Source of the DNA: Myxococcota bacterium
GTDB taxonomy: Bacteria > Myxococcota_A > Polyangia > Nannocystales > Nannocystaceae
NCBI GenBank assembly: GCA_039194325.1
Contig: JBCCWC010000004.1
Coordinates: 128,001 to 192,000 of the forward strand
Length of the DNA stretch: 64,000 nucleotides
Direction of reading: 5' to 3'
Part shown: positions 10,164 through 20,290 of the stretch, piece by piece
Layout of the letters: every line of letters starts with the position of its first letter
How positions within the stretch are numbered: the first letter of the stretch is position 1
Notes under the pieces: generated by a model
What the model was told of the DNA's origin: nothing
The model's database searches: none
The model's input: only the letters and a program-made list of their open reading frames with translations
Translations under genes and position numbers: made by a program

Positions 10164-11159
10164 TCAGTGAGGCCGCCGCAAGAAACCCACGACCGCATGA
10201 ACGAAGCGCGGCCCGCAATTCTCCAGGTGCGCCGCGTGGTCTCCCCCGGCCACGATCACCCATGCCCGATCGGGGTCACCGAGCTGCGAGAACAACAGCG
10301 TCTGGTTGGCGATCGGAGCGTAGGGATCGCGCTCGCCATGGATCACGAGGGTGGGCGTCTTGACGGCGGAGGGGTCGAGTGCGTTCCACTGATCGGACGC
10401 CCGCCAGTCCATGCGCACCGGATCGGACGCGAGCGCGGCGGCCACGAAGCCGTCGATCCCCGCCTGCGAGATCGACCCGGGAATGATGAAATCCTCCGCC
10501 GCCGCCTTGGCGGTGGTCTTGCGCCGCTCGGGCTCGGGCAAGGGCGTGGGATCCGGATCGTAGGTGGCCCCGGGCTTACGCGGGTAGCCATAGAGGATCA
10601 CCGCGGAGAGCCGCTCGGGGTGACGCTGGGCGGTGAGCTGCGAGACTAGCGAGCCCAGCGACCAGCCCAGCAGCGCCGGCGGGGGCAGCGAGGGGTGACG
10701 CTTGCCCACCCAGGTGAGCACCTGCGCCATGTCGGCCACGGCTCGGTCGGGGGTGAGCCACTGCGAGGCATCACGGGGCGTGGCTCCGTAGCCTCGCTGG
10801 TCCACCGCGTAGACGGTCAGACCCTCGGCGACCAACGCGTCCATCAGCGAGCGAGACTCGCCCGGCACCTGGAGATCGAAGTCGGGCCGAGCGCTCCAGG
10901 TGCGACCGTGCAGCAGGACGATCGCGCCCCAGGGATCGGCGGTCTCCTTGCTCCACACCGCGATCGGGTGGCCCTCCACCTCCACGGTGTGGCGCGTCGC
11001 CTTGGATGTGGGCGTCCCCTTGGTGTCGCCGGCCGATCCCGACGCGCTCGCGGTACGGGCGGCCGAGGGCGGGGCCGAGGCGGTGGTGCTCGTGGACTCG
11101 CCGGTCACACAAGCGCCAAGCAGCACCAACGAAGGCAAGAATGTCCGAAGCGGTGACAC
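10164..11159 (-). CDS. Alpha/beta-hydrolase lipoprotein
   Basis: Lipobox LLGAC, LLHG, DQRGYG, nucleophile elbow GWSLG, HGERD, GGDHAAH. Confidence 0.88.
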   Translation of the reverse strand: MSPLRTFLPSLVLLGACVTGESTSTTASAPPSAARTASASGSAGDTKGTPTSKATRHTVEVEGHPIAVWSKETADPWGAIVLLHGRTWSARPDFDLQVPGESRSLMDALVAEGLTVYAVDQRGYGATPRDASQWLTPDRAVADMAQVLTWVGKRHPSLPPPALLGWSLGSLVSQLTAQRHPERLSAVILYGYPRKPGATYDPDPTPLPEPERRKTTAKAAAEDFIIPGSISQAGIDGFVAAALASDPVRMDWRASDQWNALDPSAVKTPTLVIHGERDPYAPIANQTLLFSQLGDPDRAWVIVAGGDHAAHLENCGPRFVHAVVGFLRRPH

Positions 11160-11170
11160 GCCCTACCTCC

Positions 11171-12586
11171 TCAGTTGCCGTCGGCGGAGACGGTCCCCTG
11201 GCTGTCTTCTTCGATGATCGAGAACTCGATCCGCCGGTTGTTGGCGCGCCCCTCGACCGTATCGTTGGTGTCGATCGGCTGGTCGGGCCCGTAGCCGGCG
11301 GTCTCGATCCGGCTTTGGTCGATCCCATTGCCGACCATGTAGCGCTTGACCGACTTGGCCCGCCGCTGCGATAGGTCCACGTTGTGCCGGTAGCCACCGA
11401 TCGAGTCGGTGTGGCCGGTGATCCGCACGCGGATCTCGGGGAACTTCTTCATCACCTCGACCGCCTTGTCGATGTTGGCCCGAGAGCCCGGCTTGATGGT
11501 GGCCTTGTCGGTGTCGAACTTGATGCCCTCGATCACCCCGCTGAGCTCGGCGAGCTCGGGCGGCACCTCGTCGGGACACCCATCGGCGTCCTCGAACCCG
11601 TTACGCGACTCGGGCTGGTCGGGGCAGGAATCGGCCGGATCGGCCAGTCCGTCGCCGTCGCGGTCGTCGATGCAGACCTCCGGGCAGCCTCGCGGAGGGT
11701 TACCGAACAGATCGGGACAATAGTCGTCGCGGTCGAGGACGCGATCTCCGTCCCGGTCGCCCGCGGCAGGCCGAGGCTTTTCCTCTTGCTTCTCCTTGCG
11801 GCGACCCAGGGTCACCGACAAGCCCAGGAGGATCTCGGGGCTGGAGGTGATCCCCTCGCCCACGCCCAGCCGGTTGCTGACCACGTTGCGTACGTCGAGG
11901 CGCAGCATGATCCAGCGGTTGATGAAGAACTTGGCACCACCGCCGAAATGGATCGCCACGTCTTGCTCGCTACCGATCCCCTCGGGCGGACCGGCGCTCG
12001 CCACCCCCAGCACCCCGGTCCCGGCCAGGATGAAGGGCGTGATGCTCCACAGCCCCAGCTGCGCCACGAGGTGACCACGCACGGTCCACGCGGTGGCTCG
12101 CCCCTCGGAGTCGAGCGTTCGGGTGGGCATGGCCCCGCCTTCGATCTCGACGCCGAAGAAGCGCAGCGGGTAGTAGCCCGCCCGCACCCCGATCTCCGGG
12201 GCGACTACGCGCAGCAGCTGGTGGCCATCGTCGGGGAAGCCCTCGGTGGGGGCGAACAGCTCGAGGTGACGGCTGGGGAACCAGACCCCGCCGTAGACTC
12301 CGATCTCGGCCATGCCCCGCTGGGGCGCCCACCGGTAGATCCACTTGTCGGTGTCGCGCTCTTTGTTCTGCCCGCGCTCGGAGAAGCGCACGGAGGCCTG
12401 GCCATCAGCATCGGAGTCGCCGCCCAGCGAGGCCCCTCCGCTCGCGCCGGCTTCGGCCTCGGATCCGGCCTCGGATCCGGACGACTCGGGGGAGGGCTCG
12501 GGGGCGGGCTGTGCCGCGGCAACGCCGGAGATCCCGAGCGAGGCGGCGACGATCCAGGGATACGTCGAGTGAAGCATGGCGGTCAT
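11171..12586 (-). CDS. Outer-membrane beta-barrel + TSP type-3 repeats + OmpA C-terminal domain protein (TraB-like architecture)
   Basis: Signal peptide, amphipathic beta strands, DRDGDRVLDRDDYCP / DRDGDGLADPADSCP repeats, ITGHTD…LSQRRA…NRRIEF; start could be 12586 or 12577. Confidence 0.88.
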   Translation of the reverse strand: MTAMLHSTYPWIVAASLGISGVAAAQPAPEPSPESSGSEAGSEAEAGASGGASLGGDSDADGQASVRFSERGQNKERDTDKWIYRWAPQRGMAEIGVYGGVWFPSRHLELFAPTEGFPDDGHQLLRVVAPEIGVRAGYYPLRFFGVEIEGGAMPTRTLDSEGRATAWTVRGHLVAQLGLWSITPFILAGTGVLGVASAGPPEGIGSEQDVAIHFGGGAKFFINRWIMLRLDVRNVVSNRLGVGEGITSSPEILLGLSVTLGRRKEKQEEKPRPAAGDRDGDRVLDRDDYCPDLFGNPPRGCPEVCIDDRDGDGLADPADSCPDQPESRNGFEDADGCPDEVPPELAELSGVIEGIKFDTDKATIKPGSRANIDKAVEVMKKFPEIRVRITGHTDSIGGYRHNVDLSQRRAKSVKRYMVGNGIDQSRIETAGYGPDQPIDTNDTVEGRANNRRIEFSIIEEDSQGTVSADGN

Positions 12587-12606
12587 GGGGTAACGCCAGC
12601 GATGAC

Positions 12607-13773
12607 TCAGCACGAGCACTCAAGCGTGACGGTGACGACCCCCTGTTGGATCGCATCGCACGCCGCCCCTTGCAAATTCAGGGTGGTCTCGTCCTGAACG
12701 ACCCATCCCTCGGCCTCGTCGAACGGGAATTCAACGTCGTTGACGGTCACCGAGCACAGCTCCTCGAGCCCGGCGGGCACCGGAGCGGCCAGGGTAAACT
12801 CGCAAGGTCGCAGGCCCGTCACGATGTCGTCGAAGGCCCCGACGAGCGAGGCCGTGTCGTTGGCCACGTAGAACGGTGCATCGGGATCGCCAGGCTGCTG
12901 GCCGACCCCCGCGTTGGCGAGATCTTGGAGGTGCTCCTCGGCGATGCCCGTGCCCACGCTGATGACGAAGGTACGGATCCCTTCTGCGAAGGCCGCGCTG
13001 ACCGCATCGACGGCCACCCCGCGTACCTCGTCGATCTCGGCCGGTTCCTGCGGATCGGGGATCTCACAGGTGTCGGGCTCACCATCGGTGGTGAGCACGA
13101 CGACCTTGTCACCCTCCCAGGGATCGTCGAGCAGATCGGCGATGATCTGCTCGAGGGATTCCCCGGTGGGGGTCTCGCCGCCGGGATCCTCCTCAATCAA
13201 TAGGGCCTCGATCTCGTCGGCCGCGTCGAGCTGCGGCGCCAGGGTGGTCACGTCGGGGCAGACGCCCTCCGCCGGACCATTGTACAGCGAGATGCCAAAG
13301 CGAATGTCCGACTGCAGCTGAGTCACCACCCCGCCCATCCCGACCAGGGTGTTCTCCATGGCTTCCCAGCGGGTGTCCCCGCCGTCGAAATCCTCGTTCA
13401 TGCTGCCGCTCTGGTCGACGACGAGCTGGAAGGTGGGGATCTGCGGCAGCAAGACCTCATCGAGCTCGGGGCACATCCCACCAAAGCCACCGGTGATGAT
13501 CCCGGTCTCGTCCACCGTGCTGGCCGTAGACGTGGCGTCACCTTGGGTGGGCTCGCCCTGCGTCGCGCCTCCGCTGCCGGCGTTGGTGTCGGTATCGGTG
13601 TCGGTGCCCGGGTTGGCGTCGGTCTCGACCTCGGGACATCCCCCTTGCGAGAGCCCGTCGTCGAAGCACGGATCGGCACAGCCGGCCGCACTCGTCAGCG
13701 CCGTACCTGCCCACAACAATGCCGCGGCAGTCCTTCGCCCGGCGCATCTCCCTCCTCGGCCATGTCCGCTCAC
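12607..13773 (-). CDS. VWA-domain Cys-rich lipoprotein (CglB-like adhesin architecture)
   Basis: Lipobox AAGC, T/D-rich linker, MIDAS motif DQSGS, TPTG, LTTDGEP, C-terminal Cys-containing domain. Confidence 0.85.
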   Translation of the reverse strand: MSGHGRGGRCAGRRTAAALLWAGTALTSAAGCADPCFDDGLSQGGCPEVETDANPGTDTDTDTNAGSGGATQGEPTQGDATSTASTVDETGIITGGFGGMCPELDEVLLPQIPTFQLVVDQSGSMNEDFDGGDTRWEAMENTLVGMGGVVTQLQSDIRFGISLYNGPAEGVCPDVTTLAPQLDAADEIEALLIEEDPGGETPTGESLEQIIADLLDDPWEGDKVVVLTTDGEPDTCEIPDPQEPAEIDEVRGVAVDAVSAAFAEGIRTFVISVGTGIAEEHLQDLANAGVGQQPGDPDAPFYVANDTASLVGAFDDIVTGLRPCEFTLAAPVPAGLEELCSVTVNDVEFPFDEAEGWVVQDETTLNLQGAACDAIQQGVVTVTLECSC

Positions 13774-14002
13774 CTGTACCAGGGTGGACGAGCCACTGCC
13801 GCTTGACCAGCGACTTCGAGGTCTTTGTTGCGCCCCTCGAACCGAGCGCGTTCACTTCGTGAGCCGAACTATGCTCCGCGCACCTTTGGGTCGCACGTTG
13901 AACGGTCGAATCCTACCTCGTAGGTCCCCGACGGGCCAGTCATGGGCTGAACGACGGCACCTTCACGAGAGGAAGCACCACCTTCCCCGTACAATCGTCG
14001 TC

Positions 14003-15157
14003 ATGCCCCAGGGCAAGGCACAAGGGGACACGCGCCTCGGGATCGCGGCCGGGGGCCTGATGACCGCTCTTTTGGCCTGTCGAGCCGCTCCGTCTCCGGA
14101 GCCCAGGCCGGTCGCGAGCGTGGTGCCCGAACTCGCCCCCACGCCGGCAACCTCGCGATACGAGCACCCCCGCAGTGACCCCGACGGGCCCTTCGACCCC
14201 GACTACCGCCTCGAGCCCCGGGGCGAGGCTCAGCAGATCGCGCTGGCGATCCTGCGTGACTGTTTGAGGCACGATCCCCCAAAGCGATGGGTGAACGCCA
14301 CCGTCACCATCGACCCCGAGCATGATTTCTTCGACATCGGCGAGTTCATCGACCCCGATCTCGATCCATCGCACCGACAGATCCCCGGCTCACTGTTCGC
14401 TTGTTTCGTGAATGGGGTGACCGACCGTCTCCCCGCCGGCTCGGCGTTCTCCCATCACGTGGAGCTGCGGTCTGCCCAGATCAAACGACTCAACGAGCCC
14501 GACCAGCTGCCCCCGCTGCCGCCCGTCGACGAGATCCCGCGCAGCTTCCAGTTCACACCCGAGCACTTTGACTCGCTGGCCAGCAAGCTCGTCGGGCCGA
14601 TCCACGCGTGCGCCAAGAAGACCGGCCTGGACCAAGACGTCGAGCTCGAGATCACGCTTGGCTGGGACGACCGGCAAACCATCACGACCGCGAGCGGGGC
14701 CCCGGACTCGACCTTGGCGTGCCTCGACGAGCAGATCTCGTGGCAGATCGAGCCGTACCTCGCGCCTCGCCATCGTCGGGGCGAAGCGCCGGCGACCCGC
14801 CGGGGGATCTATCGAGTGACCGTCGCCGATGCGTTCTACATCAAGCCGATCGCCACCCGGGCGGAGATCGTGCGACGGGTCGCGCAGCACCTCAACGACG
14901 CGTTCGCGAGCTGCCACCTCGACCCCGCGCCCCCGCGACAGAAGATCCATGTTGGGACGAACATGGGACCGGCGCTTCACTTCCGCTGGGAACCCAGTCA
15001 AGAGCTCGAGCGCCGGGCAGGCGCCGGCTGGTCGTGCCTGACGAGCAAGACCGGCGGGGATCGCCTCGGTCGCCTGTTCCCCGACCTGAGCCCCCCGGCG
15101 GGCCACCTCCGGCTGGAGGTCGCGCTGCCAACCGTGAGCGATGGCTCCGAACGATGA
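14003..15157 (+). CDS. Hypothetical lipoprotein with repeated Cys-paired alpha/beta modules
   Basis: Lipobox LLAC after a hydrophobic stretch, Pro-rich linker; ATG 14003 in frame with the long ORF; coding-like codon bias. Confidence 0.65.
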   Translation: MPQGKAQGDTRLGIAAGGLMTALLACRAAPSPEPRPVASVVPELAPTPATSRYEHPRSDPDGPFDPDYRLEPRGEAQQIALAILRDCLRHDPPKRWVNATVTIDPEHDFFDIGEFIDPDLDPSHRQIPGSLFACFVNGVTDRLPAGSAFSHHVELRSAQIKRLNEPDQLPPLPPVDEIPRSFQFTPEHFDSLASKLVGPIHACAKKTGLDQDVELEITLGWDDRQTITTASGAPDSTLACLDEQISWQIEPYLAPRHRRGEAPATRRGIYRVTVADAFYIKPIATRAEIVRRVAQHLNDAFASCHLDPAPPRQKIHVGTNMGPALHFRWEPSQELERRAGAGWSCLTSKTGGDRLGRLFPDLSPPAGHLRLEVALPTVSDGSER

Positions 15158-15213
15158 CCGTGAACGAGGACCGCGAACGAGGACCGCGAACGAGGACCGC
15201 GAACGATAAACGG
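15149..15213. repeat. Tandem 13-bp repeat GAACGAGGACCGC (3 perfect + 2 degenerate copies)
   Basis: Read directly; the first degenerate copy contains the TGA of the 14003-15157 gene. Confidence 0.9.
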
Positions 15214-15225
15214 TAGAGCTGACGA

Positions 15226-15984
15226 CTACGATTGCTCCGACGGGGCCTCGATCACCTCGACGACCAGCTGCGCCGCCGCTCCCTGGGCCAGCCCGAACAT
15301 CAGCGGACCCACCAGGGGAATGGCCATCAAAAAGGACAGCGGCAGGCCGAACCCGACCAGCGCCGACCGATGCGCCGCCACGAACGCCCGCTGCTCGCCG
15401 AAGTCGAGCTCGAGCTTGTCGAGGTAAGGATCGAGCAATTCCCAGGCCAGGCCGCGCGCGCTGAGGTACCCCTGGAATACGGGACCCGCCACCTGGCCCA
15501 CGACTGGGATGAGCGACACCAAGAAGGCCAGCAGGCTCATGCCGAGAAACAGCAGCAGGCGCAAGATCGCAGCCACCGTGGCCTTGGCGATGGGCGTGCC
15601 CGGGAGGGCGGCCAGCTGCTCGGCCCGGGCCGGCGCGACCACCCGCATCGCGGCGATGAACACCCGCTCGCCGAGCAAGGGGAAGACGAGGTTGACCAGG
15701 GTGAGCGCAACCAGCGGGGCCACCAGCAGTACCACCCCGACCCCGAGGACCCGGGCGATCCACAGCCCGATCGTCGCCCACCACGAGGTGCCGCCGTCGA
15801 TGGGCGTGTAGTGCAGGATGGCCCAGACCCCGGCGAGATCGAGCGCGGCGACAACGAGGAACAGGACCGCGACCAGCTGGAGATAGGTCCGACGTACCTC
15901 GGGGCTTCGAATGGACACGCGGATCCCCGTCCACACGGACGACAGGCCGGCCATGAAGCGGGAGCGGAGTTCGGACGGCGGCAT
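15226..15984 (-). CDS. EI24/CysZ-like membrane protein
   Basis: Multiple TM helices, LIPVVGQ, WELLDPYL, LVGFGLP, IPLVG…GAA patterns. Confidence 0.75.
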   Translation of the reverse strand: MPPSELRSRFMAGLSSVWTGIRVSIRSPEVRRTYLQLVAVLFLVVAALDLAGVWAILHYTPIDGGTSWWATIGLWIARVLGVGVVLLVAPLVALTLVNLVFPLLGERVFIAAMRVVAPARAEQLAALPGTPIAKATVAAILRLLLFLGMSLLAFLVSLIPVVGQVAGPVFQGYLSARGLAWELLDPYLDKLELDFGEQRAFVAAHRSALVGFGLPLSFLMAIPLVGPLMFGLAQGAAAQLVVEVIEAPSEQS

Positions 15985-16510
15985 GGCAGCAGGGTGAGCC
16001 GGTTGGCGCCGTCTCGCAACCGCGTCGGGGCAGATACTCACCTTCCTCGGCTATCATGCACGAGGATGAGACTCTGGAAGTTACCGTCGAGTTCACGCTC
16101 GCCGGGACCTGCTGGCGCCTCGAGCCCTCGCGACGGTCCGCGAGGTCGCCAATCTGATCGAGCAGTTCGGGCCGGGATATGCGCCGCTGCGGGCCCGGAT
16201 TCAGACCTGGCGGGCCGCGCACGAGCCGGGCTTCTCGCCGAGGAGCAGACCACCGAGCCGCGCCTCGGGCCACCGGAGTGATGACGAAAATCGACCAATA
16301 CGAAGGTCTCGGCCACGACGACCTCGTGATGACTCCGAAACCACTGGATAGAGTGCCGTTCGGCTGGCCGGCCGTGGTCACGACCTCGACGATGCATGTC
16401 CTCAGTGCGACTTCGTAGATCGTGATCGCGGCAACACGGCCGGCGTGTCGACCTGCCTTGCTCGTGACTACTTTGACCCTTCGCGCCTGGGGCAGCTAAC
16501 CTACTGTCGG

Positions 16511-17449
16511 ATGAGGCCCCCAACAGCGAAAACCGACGGGTTACCGTTCATCAAAGCGGCTCGCGAGGCGGGCATGCTCCCTCAGCCCGACGATATTCCG
16601 CTATCGGTCTATAAAGACCCGACAAAGGAGTTGGAGAACGTAGAGCTCGTAGAGAACGCAAAGCTCGTAACACGCAGCCGTTCTCTCGACGCTGATCGAG
16701 CGGAACCTGACTTCAGCGATACACTGAGCAGTCTCATTCACCAAGATGAAGCAAGAATTCTCTTGCGCCGTATTGGATTTCCGCCACATCGAGTGCCCGG
16801 ACATTCAGGCAACCCGAGTCAATTCTGGCTCGATGTCATCGAGCAGCTCAGTAGTGGGTTGATCGAGCGAGGCCTCCTCCTACTCGCAGATGAAGCCCTT
16901 CGCCGTTACCCCGACAACAAGGTCTTTCAACATCATGTCGAGCTGTACTCTGACCTCTACTCCCGCGTCGGAGGACCCCATCAAATACCGCCAGCCGAGC
17001 TCGAGCCGCCGCCTGCATCCAATCGTTCCAACTTCGCCGGCACACGACCACCACGACTCGAAACCGAACACCCCGCGAATGAACTCGCATCATTTGCGAG
17101 GAATTCCGCCGAACGACATCGACTTGCGTATAAGATGCAGCTAGTCTCCGTGGGCGTAGTAGGAGGAATGATCATCGGCATGCTCGGCACCGCTGTCTAC
17201 TGGATAACAACGGACAGAATCGCATACGGGGCCGTATTTGGCGCAGGAGGAGTCGGTGCCGCCATCCTCGGCAAGCTGAAATGGGAACCATTCGAGCGTC
17301 TCACAGAACTTCGCCGAGTCGCAGATTCGGCGGAATTCGTCAGCCTATCAATGCGCCGCAGCATGCAACACATCGACGCAATCGAAGACCCAAAGGAGCG
17401 TCTTGCGGAAGAGCGTAAGCTCGTTCGCGAGTACATTTCGCTCCAGTAA
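16511..17449 (+). CDS. EAD1 (effector-associated domain 1)-like domain fused to a C-terminal 2-TM module
   Basis: ARILLRRIGFP..RVP….PSQFWLDV….SSG….GLLLLADEALRRYPDNKVF matches the EAD1 pattern; two hydrophobic helices follow; DNA is visibly more A/T-rich; start uncertain (16445/16511/16574). Confidence 0.65.
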   Translation: MRPPTAKTDGLPFIKAAREAGMLPQPDDIPLSVYKDPTKELENVELVENAKLVTRSRSLDADRAEPDFSDTLSSLIHQDEARILLRRIGFPPHRVPGHSGNPSQFWLDVIEQLSSGLIERGLLLLADEALRRYPDNKVFQHHVELYSDLYSRVGGPHQIPPAELEPPPASNRSNFAGTRPPRLETEHPANELASFARNSAERHRLAYKMQLVSVGVVGGMIIGMLGTAVYWITTDRIAYGAVFGAGGVGAAILGKLKWEPFERLTELRRVADSAEFVSLSMRRSMQHIDAIEDPKERLAEERKLVREYISLQ

Positions 17450-17560
17450 TCGCTCACGCGGCCTGCGGCGAGGCCCTCGCGCTCGGCATCGTGCCCGAGA
17501 CCGGCCGAGGCTCGTCGAGCGACAGACCCACCGAGTCGCGAGCCAACCGCGCCCTCGCCC

Positions 17561-18505
17561 CTACCGCGAGGGCCCCAGCGGATCCAGGAACTCCTTGAGC
17601 CGCGCGTTGACCTTCGCCGGTCGGTCCACATGCACGCAGTGGCTCCCGTCGTCGATCGGATCGAAGCGCAGATCCGGCGCCATACGGGTCGAGGGGCGCC
17701 CGTAATCGATGCCCAGGTGGCGATCGCGGATCCCCCAGATCACCTGGACCGGCTTGTTCACGGGCCGCATGGCCCGGCGCAGGGCCAAGGGGTTACGCCG
17801 CAGCAGCGCCCGATAGTAGTTGATCGCGGCCCGCGGAGTGCCGCCGGACATCGCCTGCATATAGCGATCGATATCCGACTCGGAGAACGCCCCCTCCCGC
17901 TCGGGATCGCTGCGGAACAACTCGCGTAACGCGGCCCCCTCGTCCTTGACGAGCGCGCGCTCGGGCAAGAAGGGCAGCTGAAAGTACAGCATGTACCAGC
18001 TCTTGCGCACCTGCGCACGGCTGCGCATCATCGCCAGCTGGTGCTCGGGATGCGGGCAGTTGAGCACCGAGAGCCGGGTGAGCCAGTCGGGGTGCAGCAT
18101 GCTGAACCACCACGCCACCATGCCGCCCCAGTCGTGACCGACCACCGCCGCCTCGCGCTCGCCGAGCCGGTCGATGAGCTGGACCACGTCGGCGGCGAGC
18201 CGCTCCACGCGGTAGGCTCGAACCCCGGTGGGCTTGTCGGAGAGGTTGTAGCCGCGCATGTCGGGCGCGACCACGCGAAAGCCCTGGCGCACGAGCACCG
18301 GGATCTGAAAGCGCCACGAGTACCAGAACTCGGGGAAGCCGTGCAGCATGACCACCAGGGGACCCTCGCCGGCCTCCACCACGTGGAGCCGCACCTCGTC
18401 GAGCTGTACGTAGCGGTGCGAGACGAAGTCGTCGTTCCAGGGGATCAGCTCTGGAGCGAAGCGCGAAGACGAAGGCGAGGGCGGCGACGACATCGGGTGC
18501 TTCAT
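17561..18505 (-). CDS. Alpha/beta-hydrolase, epoxide hydrolase-like
   Basis: LHGFPEFWYSWR, PDMRGYNLSDKP, VGHDWGG, AAINYYRA; ATGA overlap with mobA. Confidence 0.92.
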   Translation of the reverse strand: MKHPMSSPPSPSSSRFAPELIPWNDDFVSHRYVQLDEVRLHVVEAGEGPLVVMLHGFPEFWYSWRFQIPVLVRQGFRVVAPDMRGYNLSDKPTGVRAYRVERLAADVVQLIDRLGEREAAVVGHDWGGMVAWWFSMLHPDWLTRLSVLNCPHPEHQLAMMRSRAQVRKSWYMLYFQLPFLPERALVKDEGAALRELFRSDPEREGAFSESDIDRYMQAMSGGTPRAAINYYRALLRRNPLALRRAMRPVNKPVQVIWGIRDRHLGIDYGRPSTRMAPDLRFDPIDDGSHCVHVDRPAKVNARLKEFLDPLGPSR

Positions 18506-19167
18506 TCTACGGCAGGCAGAGGATCGCTGCGCAGGCGAAGCTCAGCCACCGCTCGTGCCCACTGCTGGGGGGTATTGCAGCCCTCCACCACGCGCGGCTG
18601 CGGGAGCGTCTGCACCGGGATCCGGCGGGCGTCCAGGGCCAATAACAGCGCTCGCGCGGCTCGCTGACCCGATAGGAGCAAGGCCCGGGCCTCGGACCAG
18701 GCGACCTGCACCCGCACCGCACTACACAGCGGGTGCAACACGCGCGGGCGATCTGCGGCCGGCTCGGTCTCGGGCACCACCGCCGCAAGCTCCGGCTCGC
18801 GCAGCAAAAAGCGCAGCACGAAGCGCACGTGCTCCGCATCCAGCCAAAGCGAGTCACACGGGGCCAGGCACGCCACGTCGACCTCGCGCTGCGCGAGGTG
18901 GTGAAGGCCCGCCGCCAACCCCGACAAGGGGCCCTCGTGATCCCGGTCGACCGGGTCGTCGCAGCGCTCGACGCCGGGGGGTAGTGCGGGCAGCGACTGC
19001 CCCAAAGAGCCGACCACCACCACGTGGTGCACTCCTGCGTCGAGCCCGGCTCGCACCACCCGAACGAGCGCTGCCTCGCCGTCGACCTCCAGCCAGGCCT
19101 TGTCCCGCCCCATTCGCGAGGAGCGACCCCCGGCGAGCACGAGCATGCCCTGTCGATTCCCCGCCAC
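18502..19167 (-). CDS. mobA: Molybdenum cofactor guanylyltransferase
   Basis: LAGGRSSRMGRDKA, GPLSGL, PCD, HPLC, CNTP; start GTG 19167 or ATG 19146. Confidence 0.82.
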   Translation of the reverse strand: MAGNRQGMLVLAGGRSSRMGRDKAWLEVDGEAALVRVVRAGLDAGVHHVVVVGSLGQSLPALPPGVERCDDPVDRDHEGPLSGLAAGLHHLAQREVDVACLAPCDSLWLDAEHVRFVLRFLLREPELAAVVPETEPAADRPRVLHPLCSAVRVQVAWSEARALLLSGQRAARALLLALDARRIPVQTLPQPRVVEGCNTPQQWARAVAELRLRSDPLPAVE

Positions 19168-19309
19168 CAACGGGAGGATCGCCCAACGCGCCCGCCGGGT
19201 CGAGCCGAGACCCCCAAACACCCCGACACGATGCGACCGACGGCGCGTACCGGACGCTCGCCCCCACGTGCTACCGTACTCTCGGCTCGATGACCGAGCC
19301 CTGGACATC

Positions 19310-19687
19310 ATGAAGCTCCGGATCCTCGACGACTCGCTCCGCCTGCGCCTACCCCAGCGCGAGGTCAAGCAGCTACGCGACACGGGCCGGGTGGAAGCGG
19401 CGATCCGCTTCGGGCCCGGCCCCGAGCAACGCCTCGTCTACGCCCTCATCGCGGTCCCCGAAGCCCAGCGGATCAGCGCCACCCTCACCGATCGAGAGAT
19501 CGCGGTCCACCTGCCGCAGTCGGTCGCTCACGCCTGGGCCGACGGCAACGAGGTGAGCCTGCGGGGCGAGCAATCGCTGGGCGATGGCACGCTCACGCTG
19601 CTGGTCGAGAAGGACTTCAAGTGCCTCACCCCCCGCGAAGGCGAAGAAGAGTACGACGGCTTCGCCAACCCCAACACCAGCTGCTAG
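19310..19687 (+). CDS. Conserved hypothetical protein (MKLRI…SLRLRL…LLVEKDF.CL…NP family)
   Basis: Recognisable conserved small-protein pattern; coding-like codon bias. Confidence 0.8.
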   Translation: MKLRILDDSLRLRLPQREVKQLRDTGRVEAAIRFGPGPEQRLVYALIAVPEAQRISATLTDREIAVHLPQSVAHAWADGNEVSLRGEQSLGDGTLTLLVEKDFKCLTPREGEEEYDGFANPNTSC

Positions 19688-19748
19688 CCAGTGCCGCAAG
19701 CCAGTGCCGCAAGCCAGTGCCGCAAGCCAGTGCCGCAAGCCAGTGCCG
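19687..19748. repeat. Tandem 13-bp repeat GCCAGTGCCGCAA x4 plus a partial copy
   Basis: Read directly; starts at the TAG of the upstream gene. Confidence 0.92.
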
Positions 19749-20261
19749 GCATGCATAGCTAGCCCGCGACGATGCGCTCGCCGCCCGCGTAGACGCTCGC
19801 CCGCTGCCCTCGCAAGAACGCAACGAGGGTGAGGCCCGCTCGCTACGCCAGCGAGATCGCCAGCGACGAGGGAGCCGACACGGCCGCCCCCCGTGCGGGC
19901 AAACACGGTCTGGGCCGCCTCGAGCTCGCCCGGCAGCGCAATAGAGCCGAGAGATCTCGACGCGACTGCCGTCGACCACCGGTTTGTGGCGTGGGGTCCA
20001 AGAACCCCATTCCTGTTCCTGCCTCACGGAAGATGTCCCCGCTCACCGATTGCGCACGAACGAGCCGAGGACACGCGCGTAGGCGATCCCCCGTGGGGCG
20101 AGCCCGCAGGGGTGCAATTCGGGGGATGTCCGCCGTTGACGCGGAGCAACCCACCCGCGCCGACCCGCCCTACCAACCCCGTGTCGACCTCGGATCCGGC
20201 GCCGCATCTCACGCATGGATCCGGAGCGAGGGCCGCCGCCGGTCCTCGTGGCTTTGTCCCC

Positions 20262-20290
20262 AAAAAAATCGTCGGACGCTCGATTTTTTT
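20262..20290. promoter_or_regulatory. A/T-rich inverted repeat AAAAAAATCG-N9-CGATTTTTTT in a long intergenic region
   Basis: Perfect 10-bp arms seen directly; operator versus terminator role unknown. Confidence 0.45.

Noticed and set aside
11171..13773. Calling this locus traAB
   Set aside because: The upstream gene is a VWA lipoprotein without the PA14-like domain, Cys repeats or MYXO-CTERM of TraA; only the TraB-like architecture is shared.
13349..14002. 5' part of the 602-aa plus-strand ORF
   Set aside because: Antisense to the VWA gene; the signal peptide and lipobox begin after ATG 14003.
16281..16418. Short ORF MTKIDQYEGLGHDDLVMTPKP…
   Set aside because: It has an upstream GGAG but no recognisable family; it may be a remnant and the support is insufficient.
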